NCBI GenBank assembly: GCA_043811375.1
Contig: JBDRNJ010000014.1
Span: 1 to 64,000, forward strand
Reading direction: 5' to 3'
Source of the DNA: a bacterium
GTDB taxonomy: Bacteria > Zixibacteria > MSB-5A5 > GN15 > FEB-12
Length of the DNA: 64,000 nucleotides
Positions 51,468 through 61,375 of the stretch are shown here, in pieces (the stretch's first letter is position 1; each line of letters opens with the position of its first letter). Made by a program: the position numbers and the translations under genes. The notes under the pieces were generated by a model. It was not told the origin of the DNA. It saw only the letters and a program-made list of their open reading frames with translations, and searched no databases.

Positions 51468-51630
51468 TTCTTGAGTGGTTGGTTCCTGAGGGATGTGCCA
51501 TGCCTCTGTCGGAACCACAAGGGGTTCCGACCTACCAGACTTTTTTTTCGACGGCCTATGGACATCTGCCGGTCACAGATACACAAGGATTGTGATTGTG
51601 GAGCCACGTGGTGGCTTCTATATTTCACTA

Positions 51631-52968
51631 ATGGATATCTTTGACAACGGCCGGGCGGAATCATCACAGCCGACACGGGCCGAAATCGCTCCTCTGGCTG
51701 ACCGTATGCGACCGCAGAACTTTGACGAGTTCGTGGGGCAGGATAAGATCGTCGGAGCGGGCACTCCCCTGCGCAAAGCGATTGAAAGCGACAATGTAAC
51801 CTCCATGATCTTCTGGGGACCACCGGGGACCGGCAAAACTACCCTGGCCGAGTTGATCGCGCACTCCACCCGAGGACAATTCATTCCGTTTTCCGCCGTC
51901 TCTGCGGGTATCAAGGAAGTCAAACAGATAATATCCAAGGCCGGCAACTACTACCAACTTTCCGGACGGCGCACCTACATCTTTATAGACGAAATCCACC
52001 GCTTCAACAAAGCCCAGCAGGATGCTTTTCTGCCGTACGTGGAAAAGGGCGATATTATCCTGATCGGCGCCACTACCGAGAACCCGTCGTTTGAAGTCAT
52101 CTCGGCTCTGATGTCACGGATGCGGGTGTACGTGCTTGAACGACTGTCGGAGAGTGCTATCGGCGCTATAGTACAACGAACATTGTCGGATAACGAACGC
52201 GGATTGGGGCGGATGAAGCTGACGCTGGGCGAGGGTGCTCTTGATTTCATCGGCACGGCCGCCGATGGCGACGCCCGCCGGGGACTGACACTGCTGGAGG
52301 CGACCGCCTCTTTTCTGGGAGAAGGGGCCGCCATCACGGTTGCGGACCTCAGACAGGTGCATCAGAAAGGGTTAGGCGTTTACGACAAAGACGGCGAAGA
52401 ACACTACAACATCATCTCCGCCCTGCACAAGAGCCTGCGCGGCGGTGATCCCGATGCTTCACTTTACTGGCTGGCGCGGATGCTCGACGGCGGCGAGGAC
52501 CCGCTTTATATCGTGCGACGGTTGGTGCGGTTTGCCTCCGAGGATGTCGGTCTGGCCGACCCGTATGCGCTGACGCTGGCCATAAGCACTCGCGACGCTT
52601 ACCACTTCCTTGGTTCACCCGAAGGTGAGCTGGCAATTGCGCAACTGGTCATCTACCTGGCCTGCGCTCCCAAGTCAAACGCGGCCTACGTCGCATTTGA
52701 CCGGGCTATGAAAGACGTTACTACCAAAGGCTCCCTGCCGGTGCCGCTGCATATCCGCAACGCCCCGACTTCACTGATGAAAGCTCTCGACTACGGCAAG
52801 GGGTACAAGTACGCTCACGAATACGAAGACGCCCTGACCGACCAGGAGCACTTCCCGGACGAACTGGCCGGCACGGAGTACTATCACCCCAAAGAAGCCG
52901 GACGTGAGGCGAAGCTGGCGGAGTATTTGAAGAAGTATCGGGAGTATAGGAAGAGGTCAGCGAAGTAG
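51631..52968 (+). CDS. rarA: Replication-associated recombination protein A
   Basis: PLADRMRP, WGPPGTGKTT, DEIHRFNKAQQD, GATTENPSF and ASEDVGLADP motifs. Confidence 0.97.
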   Translation: MDIFDNGRAESSQPTRAEIAPLADRMRPQNFDEFVGQDKIVGAGTPLRKAIESDNVTSMIFWGPPGTGKTTLAELIAHSTRGQFIPFSAVSAGIKEVKQIISKAGNYYQLSGRRTYIFIDEIHRFNKAQQDAFLPYVEKGDIILIGATTENPSFEVISALMSRMRVYVLERLSESAIGAIVQRTLSDNERGLGRMKLTLGEGALDFIGTAADGDARRGLTLLEATASFLGEGAAITVADLRQVHQKGLGVYDKDGEEHYNIISALHKSLRGGDPDASLYWLARMLDGGEDPLYIVRRLVRFASEDVGLADPYALTLAISTRDAYHFLGSPEGELAIAQLVIYLACAPKSNAAYVAFDRAMKDVTTKGSLPVPLHIRNAPTSLMKALDYGKGYKYAHEYEDALTDQEHFPDELAGTEYYHPKEAGREAKLAEYLKKYREYRKRSAK

Positions 52969-53042
52969 GGCAGAACCCCTGTGGTTCTGCTTATTGAAAC
53001 CGGCAAAACCGCTAAAGGGTTATGCCCTGTAATTGTTAAGGA
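52965..53042 (+). repeat. ~77-bp direct repeat (GTAG-type REP doublet), left copy
   Basis: GTAGGGCAGAACCC..G.GGTTCTGC.TATT..CCGGCAAAAC.GC.AAAGGGTT.TGCCCT; right copy at 53856-53931. Confidence 0.85.
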
Positions 53043-53148
53043 AGTAAGTCATGTGCATAGGATAGATGTGGATATCCGCCTTCTATGAAAAAAGTATTCA
53101 AGTGTTAAACGTTGATAAATCCAATGCGTCTTTTAGATATGTAAACAG

Positions 53149-53811
53149 ATGTGGCAGGAGGGATTTGTGATATATTCAAAGATATTGCTAATCACTATAA
53201 TGATGAATTTGCCATCGCTAGTTTTAGCTCAGATGAAAACTCAGATAGGAGTGAATGGCAATCAAATGTGGTCCAGTCATGGAAAATTAGTTAGCCCTAT
53301 TGGGTACGGCTTTTTTCTCTCACAGGATGTTTCTTCAAAAATCAGACTGAGAATTGAATATGCCTACCATTCAGAATCCCAAGGGTACGTGGGAACAGCC
53401 TACCTTTTTCTTCCACCAACCGAAGATGCCGAAGTAAGAGATTTTTTTGACAGTCATGCCTGGGTGCAGACATTTGAGCTAGCCCTATTGCATAGCTTTG
53501 TTAGATGTGAACAAATGCGGTTGAGCATTGGTGGCGGGTTGATATATCGACGTTTTCGCGCTGATATAATTGGTCGTACCAGTGGATTTAAGTTCCCCGG
53601 TACAAAGGCGGACAAGATTGGGATAAGTATAAATATTGATCTCGATATTGGGCAAATCCTGCGATTACCGATTACTGCCCACCTCGGCTTTCGGCAATCA
53701 TTTACATCTCCTGAACAGGCACTATGTACAGACTGTTATGCCATTTTTTCCGACGGTATACGAAGTTCTGAGGTGCTGCTTGGTTTGTCGTACACTATCT
53801 CAGCACATTGA
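53149..53811 (+). CDS. AT-rich outer-membrane beta-barrel-like protein
   Basis: Signal peptide, beta-strand periodicity, terminal LGLSY; visibly lower GC than neighbours. Confidence 0.65.
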   Translation: MWQEGFVIYSKILLITIMMNLPSLVLAQMKTQIGVNGNQMWSSHGKLVSPIGYGFFLSQDVSSKIRLRIEYAYHSESQGYVGTAYLFLPPTEDAEVRDFFDSHAWVQTFELALLHSFVRCEQMRLSIGGGLIYRRFRADIIGRTSGFKFPGTKADKIGISINIDLDIGQILRLPITAHLGFRQSFTSPEQALCTDCYAIFSDGIRSSEVLLGLSYTISAH

Positions 53812-53855
53812 ATGATATAATGGTATCACTTTTACAACACACCAACGTTAGAAAA

Positions 53856-53931
53856 GTAGGGCAGAACCCAAAGCGGTTCTGCCTATTAATGCCGGCAAAA
53901 CAGCAAAGGGTTTTGCCCTACAATTCAAGGA
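53856..53931 (+). repeat. ~77-bp direct repeat, right copy
   Basis: Runs GTAGGGCAGAACCC...GGGTTTTGCCCTAC. Confidence 0.85.
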
Positions 53932-53944
53932 GACAATTGTCAGC

Positions 53945-54544
53945 ATGTTCCACAACATCCCCTCCCCCATAGCTGATCGGATGCGGCGGTTGGAAGAACT
54001 GGATATCGCCGACCGTATCGACGGTTCCTCACGAAAACTGCGGCTGCGACAGGTTCCACCGGAAACCGGGCAGTTTCTGGCCCTGCTGGCGGCGAGTGCA
54101 CCGGCGGGTAACTGGATCGAAATCGGCACCAGCGCCGGGTACTCCACCCTCTGGCTTTCTCTGGCGGCACGCGCGGTAGGTCGCCGGATAATCACGTTTG
54201 AGATTGATCCAAGCAAAGCTGAGATGGCAACCGAGACCTTTCGTGTCGCCGGTGTCGATGACATAGTGGAAATGGTTTTTGGAGATGCTCGTGAACATCT
54301 GGATAAAAGCCACGATGTGGCTGACGTGGCCTTCTGCTTTCTCGATGCTGAAAAGGAAATATATCAGCAGTGCTATGACATAGTTGTTCCCCGACTGGTC
54401 AACGGCGGCTTGCTGGTCGCCGATAACGCCATCAGCCACCGCCGAGTATTGCAACCTATGCTTGACAGAGCACTCGACGATGACCGGGTCGACGCCCTGA
54501 TCGTCCCGATCGGCAGAGGAGAACTGGTCTGCCGCAAACTTTGA
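53945..54544 (+). CDS. O-methyltransferase (Methyltransf_3 family)
   Basis: [18 protein letters not shown] and GGLLVADN motifs. Confidence 0.92.
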   Translation: MFHNIPSPIADRMRRLEELDIADRIDGSSRKLRLRQVPPETGQFLALLAASAPAGNWIEIGTSAGYSTLWLSLAARAVGRRIITFEIDPSKAEMATETFRVAGVDDIVEMVFGDAREHLDKSHDVADVAFCFLDAEKEIYQQCYDIVVPRLVNGGLLVADNAISHRRVLQPMLDRALDDDRVDALIVPIGRGELVCRKL

Positions 54545-54568
54545 GCGATATCGCCATACTTTTGCACT

Positions 54569-55069
54569 ATGAGCTATCTTGAATCACAACGACTAGCTAA
54601 GCTTTCTACTGCTGTCAGAGAATCGAGTCTGAAGCGGCTGCGGGCGGTTCCTGAGGGCCGGGAAAACTGGCGTCCCACTACCGATGCGATGAGTTTCGCT
54701 GACCTGGCGCAACACCTGGTCGACGCTGACAACTGGCTGCTGAAAATGCTCGAACTCAAGAACCTCAAACCGATAATCGGCCGAGCGGGATTGATCGAAA
54801 TCAAAAACCGTGAAGAATACCTGAATCTTCTGGAAGAACTGGCACAAAGCGGCGTTCGTCGAGATCAGACGATCCGCGCTATGACCGATAAAGAACTGGC
54901 CGAGATGATCTATGACGCACGTTTCGGACGGGAAGTCAGCGCCTGGTGGATTGTTGTCCGTGGTAATCTTGATCACGAAACCCACCACCGGGGACAGATA
55001 GCAACATATCTAAAACTACCGGGCGGGGCGGGTACAACAGGTGGAGGAACAGATGAAAGACAAGCATGA
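54569..55069 (+). CDS. DinB family protein
   Basis: WRP...MSF..L..HL and [11 protein letters not shown] motifs. Confidence 0.9.
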   Translation: MSYLESQRLAKLSTAVRESSLKRLRAVPEGRENWRPTTDAMSFADLAQHLVDADNWLLKMLELKNLKPIIGRAGLIEIKNREEYLNLLEELAQSGVRRDQTIRAMTDKELAEMIYDARFGREVSAWWIVVRGNLDHETHHRGQIATYLKLPGGAGTTGGGTDERQA

Positions 55070-55781
55070 CGCCTTCGGCCATGGGCTTTACGATTATCTG
55101 AATGGTATACGCGGTGCCGAGATTATCGAAAGAGATGATGGCATGGTGGAACCCGATGGCGGCCCTAAAGTCTATTTTGCTGAGTACCGCGACTGGTCAC
55201 CGGTCGAGAAAAAGGCGATTCGCTACGCGCAAGGAAGAGTACTCGATATTGGCTGTGGCGCAGGCAGATGCCTGCTCTATCTGAAAAACAAGGGCTTTGA
55301 CGTTACGGGTATCGACACTTCCCCGTTAGCGCTGAAAGTCTGCCGGAAACGCGGCGTAAAGAAAGTCAAGCTCCTGTCGGTGACACAGGTAACCCCGAAA
55401 CTTGGCATCTTTGACACCCTGCTTATGTATGGCAACAATTTCGGCCTGATGGCTAATCCGCATCGGGCACGATGGCTGTTCAGAAGGTTTGTAAAGATTA
55501 CATCCGCCAGGGGAAGAATCATTGCCGCTGCCCTCAGTCCCTACCCAACAACTACCCCGGAACACCTGGAGTACCAGAAACGCAACCGGAAAAGAGGACG
55601 CCCGGCAGGACAAATCAGACTCCGGGTCAGGTACAAAAGATATGTCACACCCTGGTTGGACTGGCTGCTTGTCTCTCAGAAGGAGATGACCGATATCCTG
55701 CGGGGAACCGGCTGGCAACCGGTGAAATTCATCGATGGGCCGCAGGGAAGGTACGCTGCTATTATCGAGAAGACCGGGTAG
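55053..55781 (+). CDS. Class I SAM-dependent methyltransferase
   Basis: [21 protein letters not shown] and [12 protein letters not shown] motifs. Confidence 0.9.
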   Translation: MKDKHDAFGHGLYDYLNGIRGAEIIERDDGMVEPDGGPKVYFAEYRDWSPVEKKAIRYAQGRVLDIGCGAGRCLLYLKNKGFDVTGIDTSPLALKVCRKRGVKKVKLLSVTQVTPKLGIFDTLLMYGNNFGLMANPHRARWLFRRFVKITSARGRIIAAALSPYPTTTPEHLEYQKRNRKRGRPAGQIRLRVRYKRYVTPWLDWLLVSQKEMTDILRGTGWQPVKFIDGPQGRYAAIIEKTG

Positions 55782-55820
55782 ATTTTCGGTCGGAGTCGAA
55801 ACTCAGTCATTAATGTTAAC

Positions 55821-55858
55821 AGACCAGCCCTCCCACAATCCGGGGAGGGCTGGTCTTT
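55821..55858. terminator. Stem-loop between convergent genes, probable intrinsic terminator
   Basis: AGACCAGCCCTCCC / GGGAGGGCTGGTCT perfect 14-bp stem. Confidence 0.7.
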
Positions 55859-55877
55859 GTCGGTAAGAACTGTTCGT

Positions 55878-56048
55878 CTAACCGTAGATCTCTTTCCGGT
55901 TTTCATCGGTCACCGCCAGGTTGACGGTGCGAAATTTCCAGGCACCGTTTTCGCCCTTGTACGCCTTAACCCATTTGATGTACTGGGGCGACCCTTCCTT
56001 ACTGGCGGCCTTCTTGATCTTGTCAGCGAAGCTCGTCTTCTTGGCCAT
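55878..56048 (-). CDS. Small basic protein, DUF4295-like (56 aa; absent from ORF track)
   Basis: MAKKTSFADKIKKAASKEGSPQYIKWVKAYKGENGAWKFRTVNLAVTDENRKEIYG; strong GAGGAGGT SD; followed by the terminator. Confidence 0.75.
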   Translation of the reverse strand: MAKKTSFADKIKKAASKEGSPQYIKWVKAYKGENGAWKFRTVNLAVTDENRKEIYG

Positions 56049-56271
56049 ACGGGATTACCTCCTCAACTTCTATCTTATCTTCCACATCCAACTGAGCCCG
56101 TTGCTGTCTCACCACCAACAACAAGTCGGTGGTTTCCTTCAGCAGGCTGAATTCACGATCAGTCGCGAACTGCCGAGCAGCTCCGTGGAAGTGATCAGAG
56201 GCCGCTGCATAATCTTTATCTTTCAGCGACAGCAAAGCCCGGCAGTATTCTTTTTCTGCCTGATTAAGCAT
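56023..56271 (-). CDS. Small hypothetical (TPR-like helical) protein
   Basis: Overlaps neighbours in the operon; Y..AL..L...DY..A...F..A pattern. Confidence 0.6.
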   Translation of the reverse strand: MLNQAEKEYCRALLSLKDKDYAAASDHFHGAARQFATDREFSLLKETTDLLLVVRQQRAQLDVEDKIEVEEVIPYGQEDELR

Positions 56272-56920
56272 GCTGATCTCTCCCGTCAATCAGAGCCTCG
56301 GCCTGATTCAGCCGTTTGACATACGGGCCGACTTTATAGTCATCCAGCTTCAGTGAATATATGATAAAAGCTGATAAAAGCAAGGCATCCTTGTTTTTCT
56401 GTATGGTGGCCGTTTTCAGGGAATCATCAAGAACCGAGAGAATATGTTTATGAGAACCTGCCAGATCCCGGTACATTCCCGCCAGATTCTCCAACAACCG
56501 GCCGAATGCTGCCATTGATCCGGCGCTATCGGTGGCCGATTCCGGTCCTCGGCGGAGGTGCAGTTTGACGGTCCCGGTCGTCCGCTCACTCCACCGCTTT
56601 ACCTCCGACTGAATTTTGCGAGCTGCCGGAGAATTATCCTGCTGCTTCGCCAGAATGGTGTCGATCCGTTTGAGCATATCGCCAATCCGATTGCGGTCAC
56701 CATCTCGGAGACCACCGCTTTCCAGCCATGTCGAATGATCGGCTAACCACTCGCCAACGTTTTCGACCACTTCGCTGCCGTCCTCAGGAGTTCGGGCGAT
56801 ATCATCCAGGCGGTTGATACCGCCCAGAACCTGAAGGCGCTGCCCTTTGGCAGCCACCGCCCGTTCGAGAAACGATTCGAGCAGTTTCTCAAGTGCTGCC
56901 AGATCGTCTGATTGGTTCAA
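56264..56920 (-). CDS. Hypothetical protein
   Basis: 218-aa ORF translationally coupled to the DUF4388 gene. Confidence 0.7.
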   Translation of the reverse strand: MNQSDDLAALEKLLESFLERAVAAKGQRLQVLGGINRLDDIARTPEDGSEVVENVGEWLADHSTWLESGGLRDGDRNRIGDMLKRIDTILAKQQDNSPAARKIQSEVKRWSERTTGTVKLHLRRGPESATDSAGSMAAFGRLLENLAGMYRDLAGSHKHILSVLDDSLKTATIQKNKDALLLSAFIIYSLKLDDYKVGPYVKRLNQAEALIDGRDQHA

Positions 56921-57774
56921 TCGACACTCTCCAGATAAGCCCTGGTCACATCACGGTCGGTAACTTTGGGGGCAGTTTTCTCCGTCAGGTAGTCCTCGAA
57001 CAAACCGGCCAGGCGATTAGTCATCTCCTGCAACTGCGGCACCGAAGAAGCTTTCTTCTCCGTCTTTGTTATCAATCCGGCCAGCTTCAACTGCGCCAGT
57101 TTGGTGAGCGACTGGTTTCGGTCCAGGGGACTGAGCCGGCAGATTTCGTCGAGCGTACGACGCCCGTCTACCAGGGCCATGATGTTCCACTCGGCAGCTT
57201 TCATTGTCACGGCCCGTTCCCGGTCTCCCTGGGATGCTGAGATGGTGTAGACCGACTCCGGGTCGGGCAACGTTTCCCTGACCATGTTCATCTCATCGGT
57301 GCGGCGCAACCCTTCCAGGATTACGTTCTCAACCGACAGGTTGACGGTGATTTCCTCATCGGTAGGGAACTGATCTTCGTAGAACTTAAACGATCCGGCC
57401 TGCCAGCCCAACAGCGAATACAGCAACTCCTCGATCTGCTTGTTGACCACGTCTCTCAGGTCGCTGCGGTCAATGAACCGCTTGCCGATCATGATCTCAC
57501 CCAGCCGTCGGGAATTGTCCGTTTTGGCCTGGATGCTGATCGCCTCCTCAAGTTGCTCGGTGGTGATCACACCTCTTTCCTTCAGGAGTTGGCCCAGATG
57601 AAACGTCTGCCGGGGACCATAGCCATAGACGACGTTGCCTTCCCTGAAATATATCATCACTATGGAATCATCTTTCTGAATCCCCAGCGTTCCCGATTTA
57701 CGGCCTGATGCGATTAGCTGAAATACTTCCGGCAATGTGAATCTTTCGATATTCCCCTGCAAATCAAGTTCCAT
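56917..57774 (-). CDS. DUF4388 (PatA N-terminal-like) domain protein
   Basis: LQGNIERFTLPEVFQLI..GRKSGTL, LGQLL..G.IT.EQL, W..GSFKF and LEGLRR.DE motifs. Confidence 0.9.
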   Translation of the reverse strand: MELDLQGNIERFTLPEVFQLIASGRKSGTLGIQKDDSIVMIYFREGNVVYGYGPRQTFHLGQLLKERGVITTEQLEEAISIQAKTDNSRRLGEIMIGKRFIDRSDLRDVVNKQIEELLYSLLGWQAGSFKFYEDQFPTDEEITVNLSVENVILEGLRRTDEMNMVRETLPDPESVYTISASQGDRERAVTMKAAEWNIMALVDGRRTLDEICRLSPLDRNQSLTKLAQLKLAGLITKTEKKASSVPQLQEMTNRLAGLFEDYLTEKTAPKVTDRDVTRAYLESVD

Positions 57775-58086
57775 ATATACTCCCTGCCGACGATAGAAAG
57801 TCAGCAATTCCCTGGTGCTCTATTCTTATCCAATACTCCCGTTACCTGTTGCGAGGTAACGCAATAAAGTAATCAAATCCTTAACTATTCCCCAACCTGC
57901 CATATACTACGAAGTTACAAGTTCTTCTCTCAACAATTAACAATAACAGTTGTTTTGGCTGATGTCAACGTCAAAAAAAGGATCACCCGGCAGTTTTTGC
58001 TTCTTTCCGGCCAGCCTGTCCGCTTAACTAAATATGTGGTTCGGCGATAATTTACCGGGCCGTGTTTTTAATCCTGGCGGTAGACA

Positions 58087-58740
58087 GTGAAAACGAAAAT
58101 TACGGCAATAACACCGGCGAGGTCCCCTGACGCTAAATCGGTCAGTATCAGCGGCATTGAGAAACCATTGACGGTGCCGGCACACCTGGTTGAACAATTC
58201 GGCCTGATGACCGGCGTGGTGCTCACGGCAGCACAGCTTGAGAGGCTGATAGCTGAATCTGACCTGTGGAGTTGTGACAGGACAGCCGCACGACTGCTGG
58301 CCGCTCGCGAGCATTCGATCGGTGAAATCCGGGTCAAACTTAGAACCCGACATTTCCCGGACAACATCGTCAAAGAAACAATTCGGAAGTACTGCCGGCT
58401 GGGGGTGCTTGACGATGCCGTCTTTGCCTATCATCAGGCAGAGAAACTTGTCAATCGGCGGCCGTGCGGGAAGTCGTTCCTGACGGCTTTTCTGCAACGT
58501 AAGCGGATCGACCGTCAACTGGCGCAACAGACGGTCGAGCAGGTGCTTGAAGGTAAAGACGAACTACAACTGGCGACAGCGGCGCTGTTGCAAAGATGGA
58601 GAGAATACCGCCAGTTTGAACTTGAAGTGGCCCAACGCAAGGCATATAATTACCTGGCTCGCCGCGGGTTCGGTTACGAGGCGGCCAAGGCGGCATTTGA
58701 GCAGATTCAACGGCGACAAGAAGAGGAAACCGAAGATTAA
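58087..58740 (+). CDS. recX: Regulatory protein RecX
   Basis: A.RLLA.REHS..E.R.KL, G.LDD..FA and YL.RRGF motifs; precedes alaS. Confidence 0.9.
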   Translation: MKTKITAITPARSPDAKSVSISGIEKPLTVPAHLVEQFGLMTGVVLTAAQLERLIAESDLWSCDRTAARLLAAREHSIGEIRVKLRTRHFPDNIVKETIRKYCRLGVLDDAVFAYHQAEKLVNRRPCGKSFLTAFLQRKRIDRQLAQQTVEQVLEGKDELQLATAALLQRWREYRQFELEVAQRKAYNYLARRGFGYEAAKAAFEQIQRRQEEETED

Positions 58741-61375
58741 AACTACTGATATCAGACAATCCTTTTTGAGTTACTTCAAGGCTCACGACCATCGTATCGT
58801 TCCCTCCTCGCCGGTGATTCCCTTCGATGACCCGACGCTGCTGTTTATCAATGCCGGCATGAACCAGTTCAAGGATGTGTTCACCGGCCGACGCCGCCTT
58901 GAATATCGGCGAGCCGCCAGCGTCCAGAAGTGTATCAGAGCCGGCGGCAAGCACAATGATCTTGACAACGTCGGCTTCACGGCGCGGCATCATACTTTCT
59001 TTGAGATGTTAGGCAACTTCTCCTTCGGTGATTACTTCAAGGAACAGGCTATCGCCTACGCCTGGGAGTGGCTGACAAAGGAACTGGCGCTTCCGATTGA
59101 CAGGCTCTATGTCACCGTTTATGAAACTGATGATGAGGCGTATGATCTGTGGAAGAGAATAGCGCCTCAATTAAATGAGGCTCGCCTCCTGCGGTTCGGC
59201 AAAAAAGATAATTACTGGGCGATGGGTGATACCGGTCCGTGTGGTCCCTGCTCGGAGATTCATTTTGACCGGGGTGAGAAGTTCGGCACCGGTCCGGACG
59301 ATGTCGTCAACGGTGAGACCGAACGCTTTGTCGAAATCTGGAACCTGGTCTTCATGCAGTACGAGCGGCAGCCGGACGGTAACCGGATTCCGCTGCCGAA
59401 ACCTTCGGTCGACACCGGCGCCGGGCTGGAACGGTTAACGGCTGTCATGCAGGGAGTCGATTCCAACTATGAAATAGATATTTTCAAAAGCATCATTAAG
59501 GCCGTTTCCGACATCACCAAATCAAAATATAAAGACCACGTCGCTTCTCACCACGTGGTGGCCGATCATCTGAGAGCGCTGGTGTTTGCCATTGCCGACG
59601 GAGCCGGCGTCTCCAACGAAGGTCGCGGTTACGTGCTGCGCCGTATCCTGCGCCGAGCCGCGCGACACGGACGCATTCTTGATATGCACGAGCCGTTTAT
59701 CTACCGCCTGGTGCCGGTACTGGTGACCCTGATGGGCGACGCCTACCCGGAGATTAAAGAAAAGCAGAAACATATTGAGAGCGTTATTCAATCCGAAGAG
59801 GAGTCTTTCTGCTGCACGCTGGAGACCGGATGCCAGTTGTTTGACGGGATAGCCAAAAAAGTAACGAGCGTCGGCAGTACAATTGTTGACGGCAGTGACG
59901 TCTTTCGGTTGTATGATACTTATGGCTTCCCCTACGATCTGACCGAGATCATGGCCGGTGAGCGCGGTTTGACATTGGACCGGGACGGTTTCGATAAAGC
60001 GATGACGCAGCAGAAGGAGCAGTCGCGGGCGGATGCCAGGTTTGCGCTTGAGGGTACTAAGGAATTCATTGACAAGCTTGAACAAAATGGGTTGCTGGAC
60101 GAGAAGGTTACCGAGTTCTTGCGTCTCGAGAATCCCGAGCAGGAAGTTAGTACCGGATCACTTCTCGCCATAGGCCATGCTACTGGGGCGGCCGTTGTTC
60201 TTGATAGAACACCTTTCTATGTCGAGTCCGGTGGTCAGGTCAGTGACACTGGTTGGATTCGTGGTCAAGGATTCTCTCTCGAAGTAACAGCCATGTACAA
60301 CCATCGTGACTACTACATCCATGTTGGCCGGCTTACCAGGGGACACGTGCGCGATATACAGGGAGAAGTTGTCACTGTCAAAATCAACGCCGAACGCCGC
60401 TGGGACATTATGCGCAATCACACTGCCACCCACCTAGCCCACGCCGCCCTGCGACAGGTGCTGGGACAGCATATCCGGCAGTCCGGCTCGTATGTCGGTC
60501 CGGACAGGTTGCGTTTTGATTTCTCGCACCACCAGCCGATGACACCGGCAGAGATCACACAGGTGGAGAAAATCGTCAACGGTCTGATTCTGAAAGGCAC
60601 GCCGGTGACAACACAGGAAATGGATGTCGATTCGGCCCGCAAGAGTGGTGCGGTGGCACTATTCGGCGAAAAGTACGGTGACACCGTGCGGGTGGTGTCA
60701 GTCGAAGACTTCTCACGCGAATTGTGCGGTGGCACTCATGTCGACAATGTCAGCCAGATCGGGCCGTTTTTCATCACGTTGGAAACCGGTGTCGCCTCCG
60801 GAGTGCGGCGGTTGGAGGCTATCACCGGTAGTGAGGCACAGAAATTCATGCTTCAGTCCAAGCAATTCCGGCAAAACGTAGCATCGTTGGTGGGACGTCC
60901 CGAAACAGACGCCCTGGCCGGAGTGCAGCAGTTGCGCGACAACAACCTGACTCTGCAGAAAGAAATAAAGAAGATTCGCTCCGAGATGTTTGCCGGCGGC
61001 GTCAAGGCAATAGGAGAAGAATTCCAAGCGGGGCCGGTGTCGGGCATCATGCATAACTTCAAAAAAACCGACCGGGACACTATGGCCAGTTGGATCGATG
61101 CGCAGAAAGCCAGCCATGAGACTATAGTGGCGCTCGGTCTGGGAGAAGTAAACGGCAAGTTGACATTCATGTCTTCAGCTAGTCCAACGGCGATTGCTGA
61201 TTACGATGTGCATATGGGCAAGCTGACGCAATCGGTGTTGGCACAATACGGAGGACGTGGCGGAGGCAAGGAAGCTTTCGCCCAGGGAACGGTAGCGCCA
61301 GGGACAATAGCAGAGGATCTGTTTGAAACGGCGCGTTTAATTATCAGCAAGGAGGCAACCCAAAAGGATGGCTGA
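58736..61375 (+). CDS. alaS: Alanine--tRNA ligase (likely ATT start)
   Basis: IRQSFLSYF..HDH, DPTLLF.NAGMNQFK, HHTFFEMLGNFSFGDYFK, NHTATH, ELCGGTH and GGRGGG motifs. Confidence 0.97.
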   Translation: MKTTDIRQSFLSYFKAHDHRIVPSSPVIPFDDPTLLFINAGMNQFKDVFTGRRRLEYRRAASVQKCIRAGGKHNDLDNVGFTARHHTFFEMLGNFSFGDYFKEQAIAYAWEWLTKELALPIDRLYVTVYETDDEAYDLWKRIAPQLNEARLLRFGKKDNYWAMGDTGPCGPCSEIHFDRGEKFGTGPDDVVNGETERFVEIWNLVFMQYERQPDGNRIPLPKPSVDTGAGLERLTAVMQGVDSNYEIDIFKSIIKAVSDITKSKYKDHVASHHVVADHLRALVFAIADGAGVSNEGRGYVLRRILRRAARHGRILDMHEPFIYRLVPVLVTLMGDAYPEIKEKQKHIESVIQSEEESFCCTLETGCQLFDGIAKKVTSVGSTIVDGSDVFRLYDTYGFPYDLTEIMAGERGLTLDRDGFDKAMTQQKEQSRADARFALEGTKEFIDKLEQNGLLDEKVTEFLRLENPEQEVSTGSLLAIGHATGAAVVLDRTPFYVESGGQVSDTGWIRGQGFSLEVTAMYNHRDYYIHVGRLTRGHVRDIQGEVVTVKINAERRWDIMRNHTATHLAHAALRQVLGQHIRQSGSYVGPDRLRFDFSHHQPMTPAEITQVEKIVNGLILKGTPVTTQEMDVDSARKSGAVALFGEKYGDTVRVVSVEDFSRELCGGTHVDNVSQIGPFFITLETGVASGVRRLEAITGSEAQKFMLQSKQFRQNVASLVGRPETDALAGVQQLRDNNLTLQKEIKKIRSEMFAGGVKAIGEEFQAGPVSGIMHNFKKTDRDTMASWIDAQKASHETIVALGLGEVNGKLTFMSSASPTAIADYDVHMGKLTQSVLAQYGGRGGGKEAFAQGTVAPGTIAEDLFETARLIISKEATQKDG

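Noticed and set aside
51268..51558. Second MITE bounded by AGTGTGTTGAAAAA and TTTTTCGACGGCCT
   Set aside because: The IR match is weak and there is no target duplication; left uncalled.
58547..58735. N-terminal extension of AlaS from the ORF-track start
   Set aside because: Lies inside recX and is non-homologous; an ATT start at 58736 fits better.
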